DNA of 64,000 nucleotides, taken from positions 7,006,001-7,070,000 of the forward strand of contig NC_045138.2 in the NCBI RefSeq assembly GCF_008831285.2. The letters run 5' to 3'. The translations under genes and the position numbers were made by a program. The DNA comes from Nymphaea colorata (lineage: Eukaryota). Numbering within the stretch: the first letter of the stretch is position 1; the number at the start of each line of letters is the position of its first letter. This document shows, in pieces, positions 51,001 to 64,000 of this stretch. The notes beneath the pieces were generated by a model, which was not told where the DNA came from, did not search any database, and saw only the letters and a program-made list of their open reading frames with translations.

Positions 51001-54000
51001 AGTAAGTGACTGAAAAAAATTGCCTTATCATTCAAACTCTTATGTTTTTGGTTACTAAATATCAGTCTAAAAATAGGTCTCCTCACCAAATAGTTCTCAT
51101 TATTTACTAATTCAAACTTCAAAGGTTAAAATATCAAACAACAATATTGAGGAGCTGAAAATTATGTTAGGACTTGAGAAATGACGTAGTGCCCTTATCC
51201 GATGAAGCATGGGAACTAGAAGCACTCTCTATGTGTATTTTGTATGACAAGGTATGCTGTTGGCTTTTCTTGGATCGTTATATTATCATATACCTGTTGA
51301 AATTTTTGTTTAAAATTTTTTCCTTTACCTTCTATTTCAATTTGTACATTTTCTGAACATTCTGTCTTTCTTTAGGAAGCTTGTGGATCAACTGGTCTTC
51401 CAAATGAACGTTCTAAGCATCAAAAAATAATCAATGCGACGGCAAGGCCCATTGCTAGTTATAGTGTGAGTTTCTTTTCTTTCTTCAGTGTTTGTATATA
51501 TTTTATATTGCTTAGAGCAATGCCAATGCCTGTCGTGTTGATTTCGTGGTACCAGTCCCTGGTTTGTTTAGTAAACTAAGCTTATTTCCAGGAGACATTG
51601 AGTTCACATGTACCTGCTGACTTGTACCTGTTCTTCAATAGCTGCTGCATGCATTTCCTCTTGATCCATAGCTCTTTTTTGTAGTCATACATCCTTCATC
51701 ATTTTGCATGACATGCCCCCAAACCTGCAACCCGTCTTCTCTGAAAGAAGGGAAAAGAAGCAACAATCGTACCTGTTGATCGATGTTGCTTGCTGTAGGA
51801 CATTGTGTTCCAACTTAAAATTTTGTCCATTTAATATTTCCTCCCTTTTACATGTCTGTATGCAGCTTCATTATTTTTTTTTTCATAAGGAACTTACTTT
51901 TGAGGTAAAACAAATAACTTTTTATGATTTAGCATGCCAAAAAATGGTTATCCATATTTTCATGTGATCTTGTCATTTATTTTTATTCATGCATCTCAGT
52001 GTTTTATTTTCGCATGACATCTAGTTGTAATTTCTGAATTAAAGTTCTTTTCTGTCTTCTTTCTGGTGTGCATATTCTGAGGCAATAGCATACCTCTATG
52101 CTATGTGACAGGGTTTGAGTATTTTGGATACTGGATTTGTTTCCTTTGGATTATTTTTAAATTCTTTTCAATTCCTGATATTTTCCCTAGAAAAAAATAG
52201 CTTTGCCCGAAAGTACTTGAAGAAACCTAGCCAATAAAAACCCAAGATCCAGCTAATATCTGTATTCTCATATCTTGCCTGCCTGTCATTTAGAGTTCTT
52301 GTATTCCAAATTTTTCTGTATGTAAGTGGCAAAATGCTCATACATGTTACCTGGTAAGAGGATATGCACAATGGCCTGTTGATAGCTTTTGTCTTCCTCC
52401 AGTTTTCAAATTTTACTTGGTCAAATCACCTCTTTCTTTTTTTTGAAAAATTGAGAGTTGGGAAGTTAACAAGAATTATTCTCTAAAGACCCCATTCTTC
52501 TCTTCTTAAAGACCATCAAATGACATTCCTCACTTGGTATATGGTTATTGCTGTATTTGTTGATATCTCCTGCACAGGTATATGAATAAAAATTTTGGGG
52601 ATATGGCCATTTTTTGTCAAATTTCCATCATACTTTCTATTGTATAAGATATTAGAAACCACTAGCCAAAATGGAGCTTCACTTTGACATAGCTTGATAT
52701 CATAGCATTTTTATCTTGTTTCTATTATTTATTGTGGTTAATGTTCATGTCGGTTTTTACCTTCTCGTAAGAGATAAAATTCTTCATTTCCATATTGGCT
52801 TTCTCAACTATTGCATTCTTTCTGCATCTTTAGGAACCTCTCAGGCTTCAAGTAGCGCAGTTAGAGGAAAACATAAATGATTGTGGTTCAACGACTCATA
52901 TTTCAAAATCTAGAAATGTGAGTTATTCTTCGTCAATTATTTTCTGAATGCTTGCCCTTCTTTGTGCTATTTGTGATCCAGGACAAGATTCTTTATTAGT
53001 GAGGAAGATGACAAGAATATTGACATACGCTGCTGTTCATAAATGTGATGGCTTCATGTTCTTTATTGCAACATGAGCTGAATTGACCACGAATGCTAGC
53101 CGTCTTTCGTTTATTTTATGCCTAGTCCAACTTTTCATGCATGTATTGTTGTCTGGAAACATGATAATATTGTTCTAGTAAGTATTTTCAAGCAAGTTCC
53201 TGCATTTAAATGAATGCTGTATGTAATATTGCATTTACCACATTTACTATTAAACTTGTAACTGTACACTTGTACAGTGCAAATATTTCTATATTCTGTG
53301 GAAAAGTTTCTGCCTTTCGGGCTAAGCATGCAGGCCTTCAGTGAAATAAATGCGTAACATCTAAGCTATACATATATTGCTTAAAACATGTCAGGTCATT
53401 ATGGCCATTATCTTTTTCACAATGTTCTTTTGATCATACAGGCAGTTGGTATGGTGAGAAAAAAGTATTATGTTGTTTTCAGAGGTAAGGAGCAAGGCAT
53501 TTATACATCTTGGATCAGTGCCAACAGCAAGTTCATAGATACAAAGGGCCATGATTCAGGGCATTTAAAACAGCAGTTGAAGCCTTAGACCGGTTAATGG
53601 CCTTTGTAGAAGTAGAGAGGGAAGAGAGAGAAAAGGCTATTGGTGAAAAAGCTCTGGATGAAAGGGCAGTGCAAAGAATGGTGACAGTAGCAAGGGGAAT
53701 GCACATTGCATATGGCCTGAAGTTATGCATGGTTAATTTTGGCTTTGTTCTTTGGATTTTTGCAGTCAGAGTTTCTAGACGAACTTGTTTACTTTCCAAA
53801 CCAGAATTTTAGTTGCTTCTCTAGTCCTAAAAGTTGGCTCTTTATAATTTATAGGGGAACCTAGACGGGATTCAAGTGACACTATACAAGGTGTTTGTCC
53901 AAAAAACACCTTTCTGGTTCTTATTGTGGAGTTTGCGCTTTTTTTAACTCCCTAAGCTGGCTTTGTTAGCTATTTGTTGGTGAGTCAAATTTGGCACTAA

Positions 54001-55605
54001 ATGGTGATTCAGTCATATTTACAAATAGTATTTCTTGTTGTTTAAGGAGCTTGTAGTTACTTATTTTGACTCTCTAAATTATTCCTTATTGATGGGCCCA
54101 AGTTTTGGCACTAAGAAGGGTATTTTAGATTTTATGCATGTTGGCACATGATACTTAAGTGTAGTTACATATATAGGTATGTACTTGATTAGCAGAGCAT
54201 GAAGTCAAATTTGAACTGGCCTGAGATCAATTAATCCAGAGACCATTTCCAAATGCTTTTCTACTGTTAGATTTTAGCCGTGTTCTTTGAACTGTTAAGG
54301 TAAGATAGTATTCGTAAGTTCATTAGTAATGTCTTTCACTTACAGCCTACAGGGTGTTCCTTCAATGTCTACAACTGGCTATCATTGATCACTAACATTT
54401 CCTTTCATGGTATTCTGAAATAGCTGCTGTGTAGTACAAGTAAATTCCATAAACATTCCATTCCTGCCTTGGTTCTTCTTGTTATGCTGTTGCAGTGCTT
54501 GTTATTATCTCTGCTTTCAGCCTAATGTATGATTCACTACAAAAGAGTAGAGAAGACATGTTTCTAATTTTAAACAGATGTATCAACTAGGCTCCATTTT
54601 ACTAATTCCATGTGGCATGTGACACTTTACCTATGATGGGTTTCCTTTGTAATTTGTATATTGAATGAAATACAGTTGCTATGATCATTTCTTTTATTCT
54701 TTATTCTCAAGTATGTCTCATGTGAGTGTTGCAAACAGGCTTTACTTTGTTTCTTTCTGGGATCCTGTGGCATGTTGTGTGTGATTAACATCTTTATCTG
54801 TTATTTCCACGAGTATCCTTTTATCTGGTGAAGCCTTAAAAAGTCTAAAAAGCAAGTGATGATTCATAGGATATTTGTGTACTTGAATTTGATGGTGCTT
54901 CAAAAGGAAATCCTGGAAAGGCTGGTGCTGGTGCTGTTTTACGAATGGATGGTGGAACTATGGTATGTTATACTGTGGAAATTGAGTATCTTATGATTTT
55001 TCTGCTTGGATTTGTTGGCTTTTGCTTTCACTGCAACGTGAATCTGTTGTATGACCATCTTGTGTAGATTTGTCGTCTTCGTGAAGGTGTTGGTGTTGCC
55101 ACAAACAATTTTGCTGAGTACCGAGCTGTCATACTTGGAATGAAGTATGCTCTTAGAAAAGGGGTTACAAGGATTAAGGTTCAAGGTGATTCCATGCTAG
55201 TTTGCATGCAGGTTTGTGCTTTGCAAGTCTAGAAATCGTTCGACTTACACAATGTTTAATGATTGAGGAAAGCAGTTGATTTCTGTATATAAAACATGAT
55301 TAAGGCAATGGTTATGTCCTTTTATGCAATTATCTTGATTGAGGCAAAGCTTCAACGTTGTTCCATGCTAATCTGCGTGCAGTATTTGTTGAATGTTCTT
55401 GTCAGATGCTCTTGTGTTATCCAAGCATGTTTTTTGCCATTGTAATTGCTCCAGCAATGGTTGCTAATATTATTGCTGTGAAACCTTCTGAAGATTATTG
55501 TTGCACAAGTTGATGCATGGATAAATCTACATCATATGCAGGGGCCGAGGCCTGATTTTTTTCAGGGGCGGGCCAAACGGTCCAACGAACTATAATATAA
55601 TATAT

Positions 55606-55670
<65 letters not shown>

Positions 55671-58520
55671 CAAACCACAGTATAGTAAAAGTGAACATAT
55701 GTCGTATATAATTGCCCACGTCATGAACGTGAAGCGCGACCTGTCCTATGGCACATTTAATAATTGCTTCTGTCATTAGCACAAAACATGATCTGTCCTC
55801 AGCAGATAAGGTGTTCTATTTCTATTACAGTGACGTAAGTGTAAGCAGTGAGCATAAGGTGGACATACAAATATCACAACTCATAATATAGCAAACAAAT
55901 ACATCTATGAACCCCAAAATCAAAACATGTTACTTACCTAAAACAAGCAGCTTTGTATTCTTTATATGTAACACAGTCAATTTTTTCTTCTGTTTTTATT
56001 GAAAATAGTTACATATCATCATTCATTCACCTGCACAATAAAATATAAACAAAAACTACATCATTTATTATTAAAACTAAATAATGACTCAAATAAACAT
56101 TAACATAAAAATGATGCAACAAAATACTTTACCTATTGCAATTGTGCTCTACGACTTTTCATCTTGTAAAAGGCATCAATAATATCATTGGAATTAAACA
56201 TTTGAGCAATTTCTTTCTCAATATACAAAAGCAAACAATCTGCAAAAAATTCATCCTCCATTTTGTTACGCAACCTTGTTTTAATAAGCTTCATAGCAGA
56301 GAATGCCCTTTCTGTGGTTGCAGTGGAGACAGAAAGCGTTAGAACTAAGCAACCTGTATACATAAGGATATCCTTCACTTTTTCTACTATGTACCATTGC
56401 TTGACATACATCTGATAGTGTACCCAAATTTTGAAAACTTGGATGATGACAAATATCATTCTTATAATGCCTCAACTGATAATTTAAACTCATAAGCTCT
56501 GAGTCTAGAAAATCTTCAGGATAAAACTTCTCTGCAAGAATGTATGCATCTTGTGCATTAAATGACTCATATTGATCTCTAGGGTCGAATGTCGACATCA
56601 AACGTAGTATTTCCATAGAATTTTCATTAAATCTACTATTCAACTCTACCAGTTGAGAATCAATGGCAACAATAAAAATATCGACATGATAATGATGCCT
56701 CACTGTAATAAAACTGCATTCACGACGAGAACGTGATCCTCTGACAAAATATTGAACATCCATATCTGGAATAGGGATATCATGTGTCACACAAAATGCT
56801 CCCGCAGTATCTATAAATGAATCCGAACCATTCTCCCTAAGTTCTTGTAGGAACTTTTTTGAATTATAAACCATATCCATTGCATTTAAAATGTCTTGTC
56901 TTTGCTTTTGCAATGACTGACAAAGAGTATCACTCTGTCCCAAAATTTGTTGTCCCAACTCCCAAGTGTAAAATAAATACAATGTTCATCATTACGTTTA
57001 CTGCTTGCACTAACAACATTAATTACATATGTTAACTGTTCAAAAAAGTTATGAACATGGCCAACTTCTTTTGAAGCTGCAACAAGTGCAAGTTGTAATC
57101 TGTGAGCAAAACAATGGACATAATATGCATAAGGACATTCATTCAAAAATGAATGCTTGCAATCCATTCAATTCACCTCGCATATTACTAGCACCATCAT
57201 ATCCTTGACCCTGTATATCTTGAATGCTAAGATTATGTTGAGACAACAAAGTTGAAATTGCATTCTTCAAAGTAATTGCTGTGGTATCCCTTACATGCAC
57301 AACATCTAAAAATCGCTCTTGAACTTGACCTTGCTTATTAACAAATCTAAGAACAACGGCCATTTGCTCTCTCTTGGACTCATCTCGAGCTTCATCAATA
57401 ATAATACAATATTTAGCATCACCAATTTCTTCTATAATTTTAGCTTTCAATTTACTTGCAAAAACATGTAAAATTTCTTTCTGAACTGTTGGTGATGTAT
57501 ATTTAGCATTCTTTGGAGCATTATCCAAGACAACTTGTGCAACTCTGTCATTATAACTAGCTAAAGTTTTAATGAACTCAATAAAGTTACCTTGATTCAT
57601 TGAACTTGAACTTTCATCATGGCGTCTAAAAGCACAAGCTTGAAATGTTAACCAACGAACTGCGTCTACGGATGCCTTCAATCTCAAGCGGTTGTTGTGA
57701 ACAAGCTCTGAACTTTGCTTTTCAATCATTTTATCTATGTGTTTGCTTTGACGACTTAAGTCATTAAATGCACTCACATTCATATTATGGGGTGAATTTT
57801 GACTTGTCCCTTCATGAATACGAAATGCACATGTTTTCTCACTACCACCCACCTTTTTTCAAACTCTGAATCCTTTAGTAATAAATGGACTGTCATTTGA
57901 ATATGGAGTACTGAAAAGATAACACGGCAAACAATATGCACTATCTGTCTTGGGAGAATATTCTAACCATGGAAATTTTTGAAACCATGAAGCTTGAAAT
58001 TTACGAGGATGATTTGAAGGACCTGACACTGGATATCTATGAAGCTTGTGTTGATATGACCCATAATTAATATATGCTCGCCTAACTTCATCTCTCTCAT
58101 TTACTGATATCTCCCATATAGGACGTTGCAGCCCTAGATCACGCACGATGCTTTCTGCAATTTCAATTTTTGGATACTTAAAAGGTGGAGAATCCGAGTC
58201 ACAAAGAACAAGTTCAAGAGCTTTCGAACTAGAACAACCAGCATTTTGGTTTTCTCCCTCTTTGTTTTCTCCCCCTTGGTTTTCTCCCCTTTGGTTTCTT
58301 TCCTCTTGGTTTTCTCCCTCTTGATCAATAACTTGTTTTTTTTTTGAAATAATCTTAAATATTTTTCATCTTCTTCTCAATAAACTAACATGAAAAACCT
58401 GAAATTTAAAATAGACAATAAGATTTAAACATTTTAGATATATACAAACCCAATAAACATAGCACAATGCAAACACCATATGAAGATCTTATTCCGGCAG
58501 TAACATTACTCACTTAACTA

Positions 58521-58579
<59 letters not shown>

Positions 58580-61500
58580 TCAAAAAACAAATAGAAATAA
58601 TCATCAGCATGGATGTGCTTTGCCTGGGGATAACTGATTCCTTTTCCTCTTATAGCATCAAAGGAAACAAAACCAACCTCCTCTCTTCTTGTCTATGTGT
58701 ATATACGCTTTGCCTAAACAGAGTTGGATGCAAGAAAAGTTAAACAAGGGAGCTTGGTTGTCAAAATAGAACAGTTTCTAATGGCAATGAGGATCCAGGG
58801 AAAATACTAAAGGCTAGACAGATGAGATTCTTGGATCTGGACAATGTACAAAGTAAAAACCAATGAAACATGCCCGACAAGTGGAGGCACAGGACTAGAC
58901 AATTTGTTAAATGGTCTCCAAAAGTGAGATTCCTTCACAATTACCAGCAATGTCAAACAGAAATAAATGCTTCCCATAAAGCTAGCGTAATCTGTTTTTC
59001 TTCCATATTCACGAGGGACCAACACCCTTAGTTAACACAAAGCACGAACCATGCACATTCATATTTACTAACATATTTAGCATTTCCAATCTAGAAAGAA
59101 ATTTGACTATAGATAGCCTAATTAACTTTATGGGAAGCATTTATTTCCGTTCTGATGAAATTCCAAAAGCTAGCCTAATCTGCTTATTATTGTGGTTAGA
59201 TAATTCTCTAGGCCTGAAATTGTGGATTTGAAATCATTAGACAAGCAGGTACTCCCAAAGAAAGCTTAACTATGGGCTTGATAATGATGATCCACAGAAC
59301 AGCTCTCGTGGTTCCATAGGTTACAGATGATACACTAAACCAATCCAGATTTAACATCAGCAAAAGAAAAAAAAAAGTAAAATTCTCTTATTCCGACCTA
59401 CCTCTTATGTGCAGCATATTTAGAATTCCAGAAGATCATCAGCTGAGAACGAGCTGACCAGGAACTGAAGAAACAAAAAATTGCAACACGCAAAGCTAAC
59501 ATTACCAGACGAAAATCCCAAATACATACCAGTATAAACTATTATAAGCTAAGGAAAACAATTAAACAAGTATAAAAATGATCCTCATAATTGGTAAAGC
59601 TGCAAATTATAACAGAAAACAATTAAACAAGTATAAAAATGGCATATAATGATGTAAAACGTGAAGTCTATGCCTTGCATCTATTCTCTTCAAAAATCAA
59701 AAGGTTGCGGTACAAAATGCTCCCAATTCCCAAATTACCTCCGCCAAGTCTCTGTGCTGTGATTGTGGCCTTGTGGGCCAGGGCAAGGTGCCAAGGAGAG
59801 AGGGAGCCAGCGGGCAGCGAGAGCTGTGAATGTGGTGTGGGCCAGGGCACTGGGCAGGGAAGGAGGAGCCAGCGTGAATCGTGATGTGTGATTGTGGGCC
59901 AGGGCAGGGAAAGAGGAGCCAGCGAGAGAGAGAGGGCGTGGCCGCGTGAGAGAGAGGGCCCTGCTCTGCTATCTGCTACGGTTGTGGGCCAGAGAGGAGG
60001 GGACCATCTGAGCAAGCGGGAGAAAGGGGGAAATGAGATAGGGTAGGGCAGAGAGGAAGTGAGCGAGAGAGAAAGGGGCGAAAAACGGGAGGGAGTGAGC
60101 GAGAGAGAAAGGGGCGAAAAACGGGAGGGACCGAGCTGGTCGGGCCAAGACCATCCGTGGGTCGGGCCAAGACCATCCGCGGGTTGGGCCAAAGTAAAAA
60201 AAAACTGATTTTTTTAATATAATTTTTTTTTTTGAAGCTCACCCGGGCCATGGCCTAGGCGGGCCCCCCCTCCCTCCGCCCCTGATCATATGTATATGCT
60301 TGGTGTAGAACTTGTTAAGAACAAAATAAGACACTGAACACTAGCCAAGAATCTTCTGTAATTTTAAGATTTTTTTTTGTTAATGATTTATGATGTGGAC
60401 TTGTATTGTTAAGTACCATGCATAAGCCCTAAGGATTATTTATTTTTTTCCAAGAGGGAAGTGAAAAATCATTGATAACAAAATTCAGAATCATGCAAGT
60501 CACGAGAAATCACATTGGTGATGCCATTAAGGCACCTCACTTCCTTTTTTGATGAGTTTCATATTTGTACCAGTACCACAGCTATATCCTGTAAATTCAA
60601 GTTGATTAATCTTACATCCTTTTATGTTTTAACTTTTCTCTTTGAAGACCGTGAATCACATGACCTAGTATTTTATTAGAGGAAATTCTGTCTTGTGGTT
60701 GTAACATATGGAAAATTTTATCTTTTTGGTCTTGTTGGCATCTAACACCAACTTTTAAAATGGCAGATACAAAATAAATGGCAGACCAAGAACAAGAACA
60801 TCCTTGATCTGAGCAATGAGGCTAAGAAGTTGAAGGACAAGTTTCTCTCTTTCCAAATCAATCATATACCAAGAGTATGAATTTTATTTGTATTTCCTTT
60901 ATGTTTTTATTTGTTTTAGTAGTTAACATTTATTCCAAATTAGAGCAGCATGGATATACTTCATGGAGAAACTGTCTTCGTTTTGCTTGGGCATTAAAAA
61001 TTAAAAAAAGTATTCTTAATGTTATTGAAGTTTCTGATAATTCCTTGAAACATTATTCTTGGAGTTGTTTTCTCCTGTAACTTGGCAGCTTGAAAATGCT
61101 CAAGGAATTGCTCATCAAAATGCTCCTTAGGACAATTACTCTAAGGGATCTGCTAATGCAAATCCTTTGGAGAAAGTTGAATCCCTGATTCGTGAACCTT
61201 TCTTTTCTCAGTAGCAAGAATATGCTTTTCTTTGGGAATTTCAACTACTGAGTGAAATTCAGTACCAAAGAGGTGTAAAACATCAATATCGAAGGGCTTG
61301 TTAGCTGAATGGCATTTATGTGTACAATATATTCATTTGCTATATTCATTACTGACTCTGAGGATCTGCAGTTTTATGGAAGATCAGTAAATTTGAGGAT
61401 TGGAAGCTTTTATGGGATATGTAATATGACATACATAGTATATATAGATATATGCATATACACAAGCTTTATATGTAACATTGTATGTGTGTTTGTAGAG

Positions 61501-62444
61501 ATACAGATATAGGAATCAAAATGAGGAATGCTGTTTTGACGTGGCCTAGTCATTAGGTAGGGACTTGGTACTTATTGCACTCCAAATGGAACACCATCTA
61601 ACATCATCTCTTGTGTTCAATGATAATCCAAGAGCCAAGTAACACCCAAGGATGATGATGATGATGTACCGATACAATGTGATCCACTGAAAATGAATCT
61701 GGGAATTCATTGACAGGAAATACAACACTAAGGAAAAGAAAAACAGGATGTTGCTGTGTAACTTTTCTTATATACAGTGCAATGACTAATGTTGAACAGA
61801 CCTTTCTCTTTCAAGTTTCAATTGGTGTTTGTCGTATTTTAGGATGCTAACCAAGAGCATTCTTTCTAAATCTAGGCTTGAATCACCAAATAAACTTTTG
61901 AAGTAAGAAGTGAATGATTGACGGAAGTGAGAAACTGACTAGAAAATAAAATTAGTTAGAAATTGGTAACTGTACATCAACCCACAGTGTTGAACATCAT
62001 AATGAATGTCAGCTGAAGTTTGTTCATTTTTATGGTCTGAACTGCTTGAGCTACTGCTGTTTACACTTTGAGATGGACAATCTAAATCTAACCGTTGTTT
62101 CTTTCCCACGTTTACACCTTATCGTTTCTTTTCCCTGCTAAGGAACTCAATTCTGAAGCTGATCGTCAGGCAAATTTAGCCATTGTTCTGGCAGGTATCG
62201 ACCATTTATTTTTTCCATCTTATATAAAACTGTTTTTAATTGTCATCTCATTTTTTAATGTTCTCCTGTTACTGAGCTGTAGGTATGTGACTGGTACCAA
62301 TAGTTGAAGGTTTTTTGGTTGCATTATTGAGTATAAAATGCTTTAGTTACTAAAAATGCCATTTTATGCCTTGCATCACATAACATTCCTCCATTTGCAG
62401 ATGGTGAAGTTGAAGAGGAATATGAGAACAAGCTACTAACATGA
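48080..62444 (+). CDS. plant RNase H1 (hybrid-binding domain + RNase H domain); exons ~48080-48367 (start uncertain), 49108-49266, 49933-50028, 51376-51465, 52834-52917 (tentative), 54870-54962, 55068-55211, 60767-60874, 62143-62194, 62401-62444
   Basis: MEEEKDAFYVVRKGDTVGVYKSLKDCQ; VYKGHYL..AEEYL; LEFDGASKGNPGKAGAGAVL; ATNNFAEYRAVILG; VQGDSMLV; NSEADRQAN. The DEDD catalytic set is intact and the introns are GT-AG and in frame. Confidence 0.88.
53451..53590 (+). pseudogene. degenerate second hybrid-binding (Cauli_VI-like) domain in an RNase H1 intron
   Basis: MVRKKYYVVFRGKEQGIYTSW, then after a frameshift QCQQQVHRYKGP*FRAFKTAVEAL. Confidence 0.7.
55539..60284 (-). mobile_element. full-length hAT DNA transposon (4746 bp) with disrupted transposase
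   Basis: Perfect TSD ATCATATG at 55531-55538 and 60285-60292. TIR CAGGGGCCGAGG / CCTCCGCCCCTG (11/12). Confidence 0.95.
56133..58370 (-). pseudogene. hAT transposase (ZMYM1-like, DUF4371 + hAT dimerisation domain), multiple frameshifts
   Basis: Consecutive ORF pieces: PWLEYSPKTDSAYCLPCYLF; DEARDESKREQMAVVLRFV; GQGYDGASNM; YVHCFAHRLQLALV; STATTERAFSAMKLIKTRLRN. Confidence 0.92.
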
Positions 62445-63041
62445 TAACGATTTGCAGCTTAAGTTTACCGGCTTGTATGCATGCAGAAAATGGTTCTGCT
62501 AACCAGACATAGCCTTCTTATCAAGTTTTGTTCATGATTCTATCTTTTGTAAGATACGTGTATATATTAATGTTGACTTAGGCAAAACTTTGCTGTTTTA
62601 AGCAGGCAATTCTTTCTGTTACTAATTATTGGCTTACCCCGATGTTATATTCCAACTCGTATGGTTTATAAAGAGACTAGAGGATTGCTTGAGACGGCCT
62701 TGCTTATACTTTGAGAATTATAAGGTTAGCTTAGTGAGCTGCTGTTTTTCCATTAGGAGAGGCATGCTTATAACTGTGCTGTCACCAACACTTAAGAACG
62801 GTGAATTCTAGTGAAGAAACTTCAACTCGCCTGGCTTCTTAAAGAACGATGGTTGAACTTGTGTTCTGTGAAGTCACCTAATAAACTAACAGAATCGTCA
62901 GGCTTCGTCTAGCCGCAACTGGGCCATTATTTTTCTTTTGAAGCAGCACGAAACGAATTATGTTGAGAAAAGGTCTTGTGAATACATCAAAGAGTAACTC
63001 AATATCGACGGTTGCAAATTCAGATAAAACGATCAAATCTC

Positions 63042-63073
<32 letters not shown>

Positions 63074-63289
63074 ATATCATGGGTAAAGTTAATGTTTATT
63101 AATGTTTATGGAAGAGTATTGGATAGTGAGATAACACAAATTAGTGGTATTTTCCCATAGAAAGACAAGTACTAACATATTTTCAGATAGACCTGGGTTC
63201 TTTGTTGGTTTGCGGGGTATAACTTCACATCAACGCATCAGTATATGCTTGGATGAAAGGTCTAGGAATGTGGATAAATCCCGTTCACA

Positions 63290-63740
63290 TAATCAGATTG
63301 GGTCTCTACTACAATTGCATCAAAATGTCCGAATGAAAAAGAATTAATGTTTGAATCGGGTGTTCGATTGGATTCAAGTTCTGTTTTGAATAAATATCTG
63401 ACTGAATTTTGATTCCAATTTGAATTCAGTTTCAAATAAATATCTTGTATCCAATGTCTGAACATTTTGGAAATCCATTCTTAATTCACTATAAAGCAGT
63501 TTGGATTTAGTTGTGCATTTAAAAGATGCATTTGAATGCAAAAAGTAAAAGTCAGGTTCAGATGTGAAAATAAAAGTCAGATTTGGATTGGGTCCGTATT
63601 GTAAATTTAAAAATCAGATTCAGATAGGGTATGAACTTTTCTTGTTTGAACTCGAAATAGAATCAGAATATGTGAAACATTTGTAAATTGGATATAATAA
63701 AGGGTGCATCTGATTAAAATCATATCATTTGACCTCCCTA
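63290..63740. mobile_element. degenerate GGGATGTCAA-family MITE
   Basis: Body similar to 35350-35766; ends TTGACCTCCCTA. Confidence 0.55.
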
Positions 63741-64000
63741 AGAAGAAACTAAGCGGACTACCAGCTGCCTGTGGGCATTACTCTTCTAAACTGCAAACGA
63801 TGGATGCTTTACACTCTGGGTATCTGCTTCCTTGACATGGAAAAAAATGGGTGGGGTTCCCTTAGAGGACTAAAATTTTTGGCATGTGCACACCTCTTGA
63901 GGACTCTAAAATTTTTGGCATGTGCACACTCTATAGTACTCCAAAATTTTTTAGACTGTCGGCAGCAGTTTTTTGACGGCTGGAATTTCAGGAAAAAGTG

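Noticed and set aside
59668..60251. 174-aa and overlapping ORFs in a GC-rich region
   Set aside because: Low-complexity subterminal repeats of the hAT element.

Overview
This is a plant nuclear window, most likely an early-diverging angiosperm such as Nymphaeales (inferred from the 42-nt PISTILLATA exon 5). From left to right it holds: the last three coding exons of an ASHH2/SDG8-like histone methyltransferase gene (+); an intronless-CDS PLS-E PPR gene (-); a decaying ~6.1-6.4 kb nuclear copy of plastid DNA (petA 3' end through rps18); an intact 7-exon PISTILLATA MADS-box gene (-); a Copia RT/RNase H remnant and an F3H-like fragment; a probable two-exon Pro-rich secreted-peptide gene; a decayed neprosin-type peptidase gene; and a multi-exon RNase H1 gene (+) with a 4.7-kb hAT transposon in one intron. 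hAT-type MITEs with 8-bp TSDs are scattered throughout. The most notable oddities are a MITE carrying a receptor-kinase fragment, a 90-bp duplication of the PI intron-1 acceptor, a plastid-derived trnW whose anticodon now reads CUA (amber), a second degenerate hybrid-binding domain inside the RNase H1 gene, and the peptide-precursor/neprosin pair. All identifications come from motif recognition by eye; no database searches were run.
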